From Hypanus sabinus (Eukaryota), in contig NC_082707.1 of NCBI RefSeq assembly GCF_030144855.1, positions 145,328,001 through 145,392,000 of the forward strand: a stretch of DNA of 64,000 nt, given 5' to 3'. This document shows positions 53,201-64,000 of this stretch, piece by piece. Position 1 is the stretch's first letter; each line of letters begins with the position of its first letter. The position numbers and the translations under genes are program-made. The notes beneath the pieces were generated by a model. It saw only the letters and a list, made by a program, of their open reading frames with translations. It was not told the origin of the DNA and made no database searches.

Positions 53201-54169
53201 TTACATTAATTGGTGAAAAAAGCATGTTCCTAAGAGAATTTCTCAAATTCTGCTGTATTGTGAAAGAACAAAATAAGTAGTGGTATGAAGATGGGCATTG
53301 AGATATTTTGTTGAAAGTTTATCCCCATGCAGAGTCAACACCAGGGGCACGTGCGATTAAGTGCCTTTTAAGTGTCTGACAAAAAAAAAGGCAAAAAAAA
53401 ACGAGTGTGCTAAGTATTCAATCCTTTGCAGATGTTGAAACTTCCTGAGTCATTTCGGCAGGGTTCCAATAAAAGGGCTTCTGTGTTGCTATTGTAGCTA
53501 GTGCTTTGCAGCTGGTGCTGGTATGGCTCACTGTGGTGTCATATCCAACTTCACCCAAGTGCAACATTTTAAGAAAGTGCAAACAGAGATGTTGCAAATT
53601 GTCAGCCGCCTTCCTATTAGTTTTTCATTTTTGCCTGATTGGTACCTGATGGAATCAGGGTACAATCTATGTGCTAGTACCTAAGAAGAAGTCATTACTT
53701 GGCCAGAGGAAACTGGTGGAATGGTGTTTGATGGTAAAGGCATGAGTTTATCCAGTGTGCAATCAGGAAGAGCATCCATGACTCTCGTGACTCTCTGTTA
53801 AGGTATGTATTACTTAGCTTTTGAGCACAGCCTTCAGTCGCCCTTCCAGAGGCAAAGATTTTGCCACTGTAAACACAGGAAAAATGAATAATTAAGTCCT
53901 AATTTTCACAGATGATAAACAATTCATTGATGATCTTTCTGCATATCTTCCAACTTGCCATGAAATCAGTAACAAAAAAAATCACATTAACAAATTAACA
54001 AAATTACAAATTTAACAAATTGTTATATTAATAGTAGTTTTGTTCTCAACAAATGCTTTTGAGAAATCAAGAGGTCCAGTGACAAGGACTTTCTAACTAT
54101 CAGATACTGAAAATTTATCTATAGAGGACATCATTGCAAAACTGTACAGCTTATTTCTAATTATTTTAA

Positions 54170-55450
54170 CATTAAAGTTCAAATTTCAAAATAAATTTAT
54201 TATTAATGTACATATATGTCACCATATGCAACCCTGAGATTCATTTTCTTGTGGGCATACTCAATAAGTCCATTATAGAATAATAACCATAATAGAACTA
54301 ATGAAAGACCGCACCAACTTAGGCTTTCAACCAGTGTGCAAAATACAATGAACTGCAAATACAAAGAAAAAGAAATAATATAAATAAGTCAAGTCAAGTC
54401 ACTTTTATTGTCATTTCGACCATAACTGCTGGTAATGTACATAGTAAAAATGAGACAACGTTTTTCAGGACCATGGTGCTACATGATACAGTACAAAAAA
54501 CTAGACTGAACTATGTAATAAAAAAACAACACAAAGAAAGCTACACTAGACTACAGACCTACACAGGATGACATAAAGTGCACAAAAACGGTGCAGGCAT
54601 TACAATAAATAATAAACAGGACAATAGGGCAAGGTGTCAGTCCAGGCTTTGGGTATTGAGGAGTCTGATAGCTTGGGGGAAGAAACTGTTGCACAGTCTG
54701 GTCGTGAGAGCCCGAATGCTTCGGAGCCTTTTCCCAGATGGCAGGAGGGAGAAGAGATTATAAATAAATAAATAGATAGATAAATAAGCAAGCAATAAAT
54801 ATCGAGAACATGAGAAAAAGAGTCATTGAAAATGAGTCCAAAGGTTGTGGGATCATTTCAATGATGGGGCAAGTGAAGTTGAGAGTAGTTATCCCATTTG
54901 GTTCACGAACCCAATGGTTGAGGGGTCATGAACCTGGTGGTGTGAGTCATGAGGTTCCAGTATCACCTTCCTGATGGCAGCAGTGAGAAGAACACATGAT
55001 CTGGGTGGTGGGGGTCCCTGATGATAGATGCTGCTTTCTTGTGACAGCACTTTGTGTAGATGTGCTCAGTGGCAGGGAGTGCTTTACCTGTGATGGACGG
55101 GACTGATTCTACTGAATTTTGTTGGGTTTTCCTTTCAAGGGAATTGATGTTTCCATGTCAGGCTGTGAAGCAGTCAGTCGATAGACTCTCCACTTACACG
55201 TCTGTAGAAGTTCTTCAGTTTTAGATGCCATGCTGAATATTTGCAAACTCCTGAGAAAGTAGAGGCACTTCTGTGCTTTCTTCATAATTGCACTTTGGTG
55301 CCGGACCCAAGACAGGGCCTCTGAAATGGTAACACCGAGCAATTTGTAGTTGCTGACCCTCTCCACCTCTGATTCTCTGATGATGACTGGCTTGTGGACC
55401 TCTGGTTTCCTCCTCCTGCAGCCAGTTCCTTGTAATTGCTAACATTGAGA
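54170..55450 (-). mobile_element. Rex1/Babar LINE 3' part
   Basis: ERVSNYKLLGVTISEALSW..IMKKAQKCLYFLRSL; ttgaac-type tail at ~54175. Confidence 0.85.
54388..54758 (-). mobile_element. Nested younger Rex1-type 3' end
   Basis: (gactt)n tail; LFSLLPSGKRLRSIRALTTRLCNSFFPQAIRLLN; 9-bp TSD tataaataa. Confidence 0.85.
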
Positions 55451-55989
55451 AAAAAGTTGTTGAATAGACAGAAAATCATGAATAGCTTCAATCCAACTTT
55501 TTTTTAAAAGAAGTTGTACATCTGCAAGATCATACAGTCAGCACTGAAACAAAAAAATCTACCATATTTTGCTTGAAGGTGGGAATAGAAATGTATTTGG
55601 CTACAGATCAATTTAGATTAAAAAGATTACTTAATTAATTTTAATTAAAATATTTATCAACTTACTTGAGCTTTTCAGTTCAATACTTGAATGCTATGTT
55701 TTTAATCCAGTGTAGGTGATCCACCCAGCTGAACTGCTGCCTAGAAAGTGAAAATGTAAAGCTACCCCATGTCAAATTAAGTACAATATTGAAATTTCAT
55801 GATACTTACTCGATTTAATTTCCTAAATATGATCTATCCTTAAAAGAAGTCTTTATTTCAGCACAGCAAAGGGAATTCTTTATTTCTGCAGCTCTCCAAG
55901 GCCATGAATTTGCTGTTATGTATCTCCTGATTCAGGCCTCATTCTTTTTTGTTTTGTTTGTAGTTGTGTTTGTCATCATTAAAATGTAC

Positions 55990-56176
55990 TGCTTGGTGGT
56001 GCAATAATATCAGCGCCAGACTCTGGAGCGAAGGTTCCGGAGTTCGAATCCAAGTCGGGTTGAGCATCGAGCTAGCAACTCAGCCTCGTAAAAACAAGAA
56101 TAGCTTGCTACAGAAACACCGTCATGACGGTGCCCCAATAACTCCACTGCCGAGTTAAGGGCTATTCTTCTTTTTC
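55990..56176 (+). mobile_element. tRNA-derived SINE, probably RTE-mobilised
   Basis: A-box-like tggtgcaataa; B-box gttcgaatcc (56042-56051); body gagctagcaactcagcctcgtaaaaac; (ttc)n tail. Confidence 0.75.
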
Positions 56177-56684
56177 TCGTCCTCTTCCTCGTCCTGATTT
56201 CTTATCCATTTGGCAAACTAATTTTGTCATATATGTCTTAAAATCTAGCAGGTTTTGCCTCTTGAACCTACATCTTATAGTCATTATGGCTGCAGAACAG
56301 GATTTTGTAATGAATAGAGGGCTACCTTATCCTAATTTTCACTGCTTTGCTGTTAACCATGTTGTCTTGGGTTTAGGAACTTGGTGTTATGTTTAAGATC
56401 TTGTACATTGAACACAAGGATGTCATTGACACATGGAGGTAGTAGTGAATTTCATCATTTCTATCTGCCTTTGCTGAAGAGTACCTCCTGGAATATGGGA
56501 AGCAATCCCATTTTATTAGAATCTTGTGGATCACAATGTGGCAAAGACTGGTTGGTTATGGACAACCTTTTTCTGAATGTTTGGTGTATCTCACATCTTC
56601 TCATCTGCTTCACTGATGAAATCATCTATCACTTGGAGATCAGCCACTGAATATGCATAAACCCTAGCTTCATTTACATATTTT

Positions 56685-58890
56685 TTGTAATTATTTTTTT
56701 ATTGTTCATCATCAAACAAACATTTCCATAAGATGTATTTCAGACATTGTAAATATATATCATATAATCATATATATCACAAATCTCCACAGTATTTATC
56801 TGAGGTATACACATAGAAAAGAGTGGAAAGAAAAAACAAGCAAAAGGAAAAAGCTATGTACAAATAGGGAGTGATTTTTTTTTACAACATATTCATTGAT
56901 TTGTGAGAATAAAATCAGGCCTACTAGGTATTACGTAGTAAACCATTTTTCCCAGTATGAATCAAATTGCTCCAACTTATGATTAATAGATGCTGTTATC
57001 TTCTCCATTTTGTAAATGTCCATTGTAATTTCCATCCATGTATTTAAAGTTGGGCTCTCCTGTGATAACCATTTCCTAGTAAGAGTCTTTTTACCAGCCA
57101 CCAGCAGTATATTCATTAAATATTTATCTCTTTTCAACCATTCTTGAGGTATATATCCAAAATATATGGTCTTACTCTCCAAGGGTATTTCACATTTAAA
57201 GATGTCTTGTAGGGCATTGTGTATCCCCGTCCAATAGTCTTTGATAACAGAGCAGTTCCAAAAAATATGATAATGATTTGCATTTTGATTTCCACAATTT
57301 CTCCAGCAAACAGGGAGGTTACTATCATATTGGGATTTCTGAGAGGGCGTAATAAAATATCTTATCAAGTTTTTCCATCTGAACTCCCGCGATTTCTGTG
57401 AACTGGTACACTTCCATTGATACCTCTATATTATTGTCCATTCTTCCTCAGATATAATTATCCCTCCTTCCTTCTCTCATTTTGTTTTAATGTGTGAAGT
57501 CCAATGTGTTTTAAGGTTTGACAAACCCTTGTACATGCTTGAAATAATTCTACTACCGTTATCTGAATTATATGCTTTTCTAAATAGTTCTATCAAGCAT
57601 GTACTTGCCCTGGTTACATTTTTAAGCATCCTATTAAAATATTGTCATATCTGTAAATGCCAATAAAAATCTTGTTTTTCTAATAAGTGTTTCTCTTTAA
57701 GCATTTCAAAACTGAACAGTGTTCCTTCTTTCATTATGTTGCAAAGAACTGTTATTCCTTTAGCTGTTCAGTCCTTAAATCTAACATCCAGTTTATTTGG
57801 TGTAAAATCCGAGTCATATGCACACCAGTTAAGAATTGCTGTATCTCCCTCTAGATTATATTGTTTTATAGTAGTTTTCCATATTTTAAGAGTCAATTTC
57901 ACCCATGGGTTATCAATAGTATTTATGTACCTTTGCAGGTTGTTATCAGCCAAAATTGCTTGTATGGGGATGGGAAGTACCCGCTCCTCAATGTTTTTCC
58001 ATTGAGCGTCATATGATGGGTTGCATCAACATATCACGGCTCTCAACTGTGCTGCAAAATGATAATCTCGAAGAGAAGGTAGTCCCCATCCCCCCTTTTC
58101 CTTTGCTAATTGCAAAGTTTTGAGACGGACTCTAGGACTTTTACCCTGACAAATATACCTTGATAACATCTTGTTCCATTCATTGAATTGATTTTGATTA
58201 ATCTCTGTTGGTAGGGTCTGAAAGAGATATAACAGTCCGGGCGGTATATTCATTTTAATAGACTCAATCCTTGAACTGAGACTGAAAAAAGGAATCAGGA
58301 TCCATTCCATTTTATCCTTGCCTTCTTTTGGTATGGCTGAGATTATCGCTTCCTAACATTGGTGCATTGGTGCCTTTTTTAGAGCCCAGTTCAGTGTGAG
58401 GAGTAAAACAGGAATTAACTCATTTTTAAATTCTTTGTACCACTCTGCCGTATTCCCATCTGATCCTGGTGACTTGTTTAACTTAAGCCTACTAATTGCA
58501 CCTTTTAATTCAGCTTCAGTTATGTCAGCAGTCATCGTTCTATTTTGTTCTTCATTTAAAGTGGGTAACTCTAGAGAACTCAGGAAGGTGTCAATTTGGG
58601 TTATGCTACCCCCTGGAACTTTGGAACATAGAGTTTTGTAAAACACTTGAAAAACTTCTTGAATTTCACTTAGCTTATTTTTTTTTTATCATTTTTGTTC
58701 TTGGATCCCTAATTCTATGAATTGTATTTTCTGCTATCTTTTTTTCTCTGTTTCCACACCAGTATTTTCATAGACTTAGATCCACTTTCATAATGTCTCT
58801 GTTTCGGAAACATTAAATTTTTCTTGATTTCTTGCATAGCCAAACTAATAATTTCATTCCTAATTTTTTTTATTTCCTCTAATGCATCCT
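56685..58890 (-). mobile_element. L1-clade LINE, 5'-truncated, RT core deleted
   Basis: KSPGSDG.TAEWYKEFKNELIP; SLSSRIESIKMNI.P.LLYLFQ; GGWGLP; C-terminal CWRNCG...HIFWNC; A-rich tail. Confidence 0.9.
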
Positions 58891-59562
58891 GTGTTCATTA
58901 ACATATTGTAAATTAATGACTGATTTGGGGGTGATTTTAGTTCTGGGCCTGAAGCGAGAAGATTGACCACTTATCTGTTAGAGTGGTAGCTTGCATGCCA
59001 GTGTGTGGTGGAAGAAGAATAGGTTAAGAAGTTTCTGAGGACAACCAGCTTTTAGACAGATTCTCCATAATTCCATTTGTTTGATGGAATTAAAAGCTTG
59101 TTTGACCTTTAAAAAAAGATACATACTAAGAGGTGGACAAGGGAAAGGTGCAAGTACAGATACATGTAAATGAGGCAGTGCCTATACAGATACATGAAAA
59201 CAGAACAATCATGGTACAAACTTATTTGGAAGAGTTACCAGAATGCCTGTGAAACTAAACCACTGTTGAATGCATCTTGCGGTAATGTTGTACTCCAACA
59301 AAAATTAATTAAAATTAATACTTTCTGGACATCGATAAAATCACATGTGGTAATTGGACTTGATGCTTATTGACTCATGCTGATGTTTTTTACTGTCTGT
59401 CTTTTAGTCTTTTACTGCTTCTCTTTTATTCTCTGGATTATACTTTTTATTCTTTATAAATTAGAGACACTGCCTGTGCTCAGATTAATTGCTATTAGAA
59501 TTGCCATCATATTGTTCCTTTTTGAACCTTGTGGTGCATCAAGCATCATTTTCTTAGCATTT

Positions 59563-59695
59563 GTTGTTCATAAGGCCAAGTTGTTAGCTTGACACTCAGC
59601 CCAGCACAGATGGAAAGCATGCAAGAAGCCGGCCGATTTGAAACCAGGACCATTCGCCTCAAAGTCTGGTGCTGATGGTGCTGCACCACTGCCCA
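59563..59695 (-). mobile_element. SINE copy related to 55990-56176
   Basis: Minus strand agtggtgcagcaccatcagcaccagactttgaggcgaatggtcctggtttcaaatc...gctaacaacttggccttatgaac. Confidence 0.65.
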
Positions 59696-61481
59696 TTGCC
59701 ATCATATATTTGGCAAAAATATTGTCCTAGCTTGGGCTTCCAAGATAGACCAAGACTGTCAAATGTCATTTCCAGATTTTGTAAATCATATTTAACTTGT
59801 TATTTTAGACATGAAGCAAAATATTTCAGTAAGCATCTGCCACATCTCCAAAATCTGACATTGAAAGTATCAGCATTTAAGGGTCACAAAATAAAGCCAC
59901 CTTTATTCAAAATATCTGTTGTTAGATTAGCAGGAACTGCAACTAAATATCAAATTTAAAATGTACATATTCATGAGCAATGTTTATGAGTAATGCTGAA
60001 CATTTTTCCTTGGTGCTTTCTTCAGTTAGCAAGCAAAGGACAGAGGTGGATATTTCCATTGTAACAAACAATGAAAATGATTTTGGTTGTCACACACAAA
60101 TCTTGTACATTATGTCTTGAATCAATATTGCTCGAGAAACTATGAAGACAACATCCTGCATATATTGGGTACTTCATCTCCTTTCTATAGAGAAAGCCAT
60201 GAAGATACTGCTCTTTGTAAATATCTCATCTAAAGCATGCTTGTTTCAAATATTTTTGACAGGCTAACTAGTTTTTTCTGGCCACTTCCTAACCTGTTAT
60301 CCTGTTCGCCCATTGTTTTATAGTCATTATTTTATAATTCCTGTAATTCTCAACCTTGTTTACAAATCCCTTATGATTTAGCTTTATGTTCTCTAGTTTT
60401 ATAATATCTACATTACTCAAATTTGACAATTTAATGCAAACCCTCTATTAATCAATTAATTGAAGAGATATCCTGGCTGGCATGTTCACCTGTGTTACTC
60501 AAGAGCATTTAAACTAGCTTGGCAGGGGAGCCAGAGCACCAGGTCAAAAAGTGGAGGGATTGAGAGGAAGACAGTGCACAACCAGTAAGAACAGGCAGGG
60601 GAAAATTAGCACAGGATGGATGGGTTGAAGTGTCTGTATTTTAATGCTAGGAGTATTATGCAAAAATGATCAATTTCATTTGATGTTTTAGAAAAGATAG
60701 AGAAAGAGGTAAAGGTGGGGGTGGAGGTGTTGAGCTGTTGTACTATCAATCAGGGACAATGGAACAGCAGCACTCATGGGGGACAGAATGGAGGGCTCAT
60801 TCACTGAGTCAATATGAGTAGAATTCAAAAATGGTGGGATCATTCTACAGACTCCCACACCTCAACCTGATAGCAGCTGGGATATTAAAAAACAGATGTG
60901 CTGGTAGGTTAGGAAAAGGTGTGTAAAAAAAAAAAAAAATCAAAAAAAAAACAAAGTTGTTGCAGTGGATGAGTTCAACTTCCCTGACATAGACACAGAG
61001 CTTTAAATAGGGTAGAATTTGTAGTGTGCATCCAGGAATTTGTAGATAGTCCAACTAGAGCAGTGGCCATACTAGAATTGTGTAATGAGCCTGCCAAGTA
61101 ACTGTCCTTTCAGTGGAAAAACAATTTGGGACCAGTGATCACAACTCCTTAAGATTTGTGATTGCCAAAAAGATGAGTATAGAAGTCATAAATCTTGCTT
61201 GCAGGAGAGTATTATATTGGAGCAGGGCAAATTATGAGAGCATTAGACAAGTTTAGGGTAATGTAATGAATGACAGGTGACACATATTGTTCATAATAGA
61301 AACTGTTCTACATAATTCACAAACACAGTCATTGAGTTTCTGTGTTCTCTTTCAGAGAGTGTGTCTGACATAATAACGTCAGAGTAAGGTGACTGTTTTT
61401 GGTTTGTTCATAATGGAGGTAAAGGGTTGTGGCTTTTGTTAAGCACATAACTTGACAAGTGTGTGTTCCACTGGGAAAGAT

Positions 61482-61625
61482 GGACAGACAGACAGACATA
61501 CTTTATTGATCCCGAGGGAAATTGGGTTTCGTTACTGTTGCACCAACCAGGAATAGAGTAGAAATATAGCAAAATAAAACCAAAAATAATTAAATGATAC
61601 TAAGTAAATTATGCCAAGTGGAAAT
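61482..61625 (-). mobile_element. LINE (Rex1-like) 3' tail fragment
   Basis: (gaca)n followed by tactttattgatcccgagggaaatt, i.e. AATAAA plus a short tandem tail on the minus strand. Confidence 0.55.
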
Positions 61626-63432
61626 AACAAGGATAGCAAGGTGATGGAACCTTGGATGTACAGAAAAGTGGTGAATTTACTCAAGCAGAGAAAAGAAACT
61701 TATGTAAGGTTCGTGAATCTAAGATCAAGCAGAGCCCTCAAGGATTATAAAGAAGCCTGAAAAGAGCTCAAGAGGTCCTTGGCAAGTAGGATTAAGGAAT
61801 CCCAAGGAATTCTATACATACATCAAGAGCAAAAGGATAACTAGAGAGAGGGTAGAATGAAGGAAGGAACATGTGTTTGGAGGCAGAGGATGTGACTGAT
61901 GATCTAAATAAGTAATTTGTATCAGTACCTACTAAAAAGAATGTGGAAAATAGGGAGATCAGTGTAGAGCATACTGATTTGTTGGGGCATTTCCAGATAA
62001 AGAAGTAGTATTGAATGTTTTAAAGAACATTAAAGTGGAAAGTCCCCAGGGCCTGATGGGATATACACCAGGTTATTCAGAGAGGCAAGAGATGAGATTG
62101 CTGGTGCACCTTGACCGGTATCTTTGTGTCCTCAGGTGAGTTCCCCAAGGCAAGGCAAATAGCTATTACTGTTCCTTTATTCAAGAAGGGAAATGGGTAT
62201 ATAGTGTAACCTTGGAAACTATAGATAAATGAGTCTCACATCAGTGCTAGTAGCAGGGAAATTACTGGAGAGGATTCTCAAAGATAGGATTTATGAACAT
62301 TTGAAAAACTATGGCCTAATTAGGTTCAGTCAGCATAGCTTTGTGCAGGGTATGTTGTGTCTTACAAACTTGATTGAGTTTTTCAAGGAGGTGATGAAGT
62401 TGACTGATGAAGGTTGAGCAGTAGATATTGCTTAGATGGATTTCAATAGGCATTTGACAAGGTTCCTCATGGGAGGCTCATCCAGAAGATTAAGATCCAC
62501 AGTATAAGCTATTTAGATTCAGAATTGGCTTGCCCTTACAAGACAGAGGGTAGTGTTGATGAAACTTGTTCTGGCTGAAGGTCTGTGATAAGTGGTGGTT
62601 TGTACAATATATCACTGTTTAGTAAACATATAAATGACCTGGACGTAAATATAGATGGGTGGGTTAGTAAGTCTGCAGACGATATGAAGATTGGTGTGGT
62701 GGATAGTGTAGGAGACTGCCAAAGGATGGAGCAGGATCTAAGTCAGTTGCACAAATGGAGTTTAACCTGGCCAAATGTGAAGTGTTGCCCTGTGAGACAT
62801 CAAATGTAAAGGGATAGTATGCTATTAATGGCAAGAGTCTTAACTGTGTCGATGAGCAGGGGAATCTGGGGATCCAAGTTCATAGCTCCCTGAAAGTATT
62901 CATTTCTCATTGTCCCTCTGTTGGAAGGATGTCAAGGATTTGAAAAGGGTGCAGAAATGCTTTAACATGATGCTACCTAGTTTAGAAGGCAGATAATACC
63001 TAGTTTAGAAGGCAGATAATAAAAGGAGGGATTGGATAAACTTGAGTTGTTTTCTCTAAGAGCGGTGGAGTTGAAGGTAGATCTGATAAAGACTCAGAAG
63101 ATTATGATGGGGCATAGATGGACATTTCAACCCTGGGAAAAAGATACTGGCTGTTTACCCTAAAACCAGAGAGTATGCATTTAAGGTGAGAAGGATAAAT
63201 TCAAATGAGATGTGCAGGACAAGTTTGTTTATACACAGAAGAAGGTGTCTGGAATGTGCTGCCAGGGGTCATGGTGGAGGCAACAACAATGGAGACATTC
63301 AAGGGGCTTGCAGATAAGCACGTGAAGGTGCAGCAAATGGAAGGATATGAACATTGTATAGGTAGAAGGGATTAGTTTAATTGGGCATTTGATTGCTAAT
63401 TTAGTTAAATCAGCTCAACATTGTGGGTGGAA

Positions 63433-63634
63433 CCCACACAAAATGCTGGAGGAACTCAGCAGGCCAGCCAGCATCTATGGGAAAAAAAGTACAGTCGACA
63501 CTGTGGGCTGAGATGCCAGGGTCTCGGCCCAAAATGTTGACTGTACTTTTTTCCATAGATGCTACCTGGCCTGTTGTTTCTCCAGCATTTTGTGTGTGTT
63601 GCTTGGATTTCCAGCACCTGCAGATTTTCTTTTA
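63433..63634. mobile_element. Penelope-derived fold-back mini-element
   Basis: Inverted arms; perfect 13-bp TSD attgtgggtggaa (63420-63432 / 63635-63647) inside a CR1 3' UTR. Confidence 0.9.
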
Positions 63635-64000
63635 ATTGTGGGTGGAAGGGCCTTTTCCTGTGCTGTACTCTTCTATGTCTTGTTGGATGCCATCAGTTTC
63701 CTAAGTTATCAGCATCAGAAATCCATACCAGCCTACTTCTTAAAACCTATCTCTTTTGACCAAATTTTGGTTAACTGTTCTAGCATCTCAGTAATGGGAC
63801 CCCATGATCCTCTGATCTTTTTCCTGATTCTAATCCTGGACCTCATCTTGTCTCCTTTACAACCTTCCTATGTATGTCAAATATTGCAATATCCACAAGA
63901 TTTAATAATGAGGCATTTAATGTGGATAGAGATAGTTATGAAAGAAGTCCTTTAAAATAAACTAGTGTGATGAATATTAATTTTCCTGGGCCCAAGAGGC

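Larger units (their letters stand above)
60500..63680 (+). mobile_element. Long decayed CR1 (endonuclease start, RT, 3' UTR) with several insertions
   Basis: LKCLYFNARSI; KSPGPDGIYTRL; SQHSFVQG..CLTNLIEFF; SKSADDMKI; 3' UTR gaagggccttttcctgtgctgtactcttctatgt; 23-bp tandem duplication at 62974-63019. Confidence 0.9.

Noticed and set aside
53707-53802. 96-nt exon candidate with strong AAG|GTATGT donor
   Set aside because: Stops in all three frames and a poor polypyrimidine tract; not supportable as a coding exon
55990-56060. Possible tRNA gene
   Set aside because: B-box present but no complete cloverleaf; continues into a SINE body and has a diverged second copy
1-64000. CRISPR arrays, operons, rRNA or other prokaryotic-type systems
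   Set aside because: No regularly spaced repeat-spacer array or gene-dense structure; the sequence is vertebrate repeat-rich DNA

Overview
AT-rich eukaryotic, non-coding-looking DNA. The repeat content (many CR1/HER1-type LINEs, V-domain SINEs, Rex1/Babar, Penelope) points to a cartilaginous fish, probably a ray; this is inferred from repeat content only. Roughly half the window is decayed transposable elements: CR1, Rex1/Babar, RTE and L1 LINEs, Ty3/Gypsy elements and solo LTRs, a Tc1 remnant, tRNA-derived SINEs and Penelope-like elements (PLEs). There is a 200-N assembly gap at 19056-19255. I could not recognise any host protein-coding exon, so the window is most likely a very large intron or an intergenic region. 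Most ORF-track entries are TE fragments or chance ORFs. The most interesting structures are: (i) Penelope-derived ~200-270 bp fold-back mini-elements carrying remnants of a minimal type-I hammerhead ribozyme; (ii) an RTE LINE flanked by a ~170-190 bp direct duplication, apparently a giant target-site duplication; (iii) a near-perfect 229-bp inverted duplication (30722-30950 / 31897-32125) containing an exon-like 126-nt unit; (iv) a 2.1-kb gag-protease-only Gypsy element with both LTRs. I found no evidence for an intact, wholly new biological system. TE boundaries are approximate unless fixed by a TSD.
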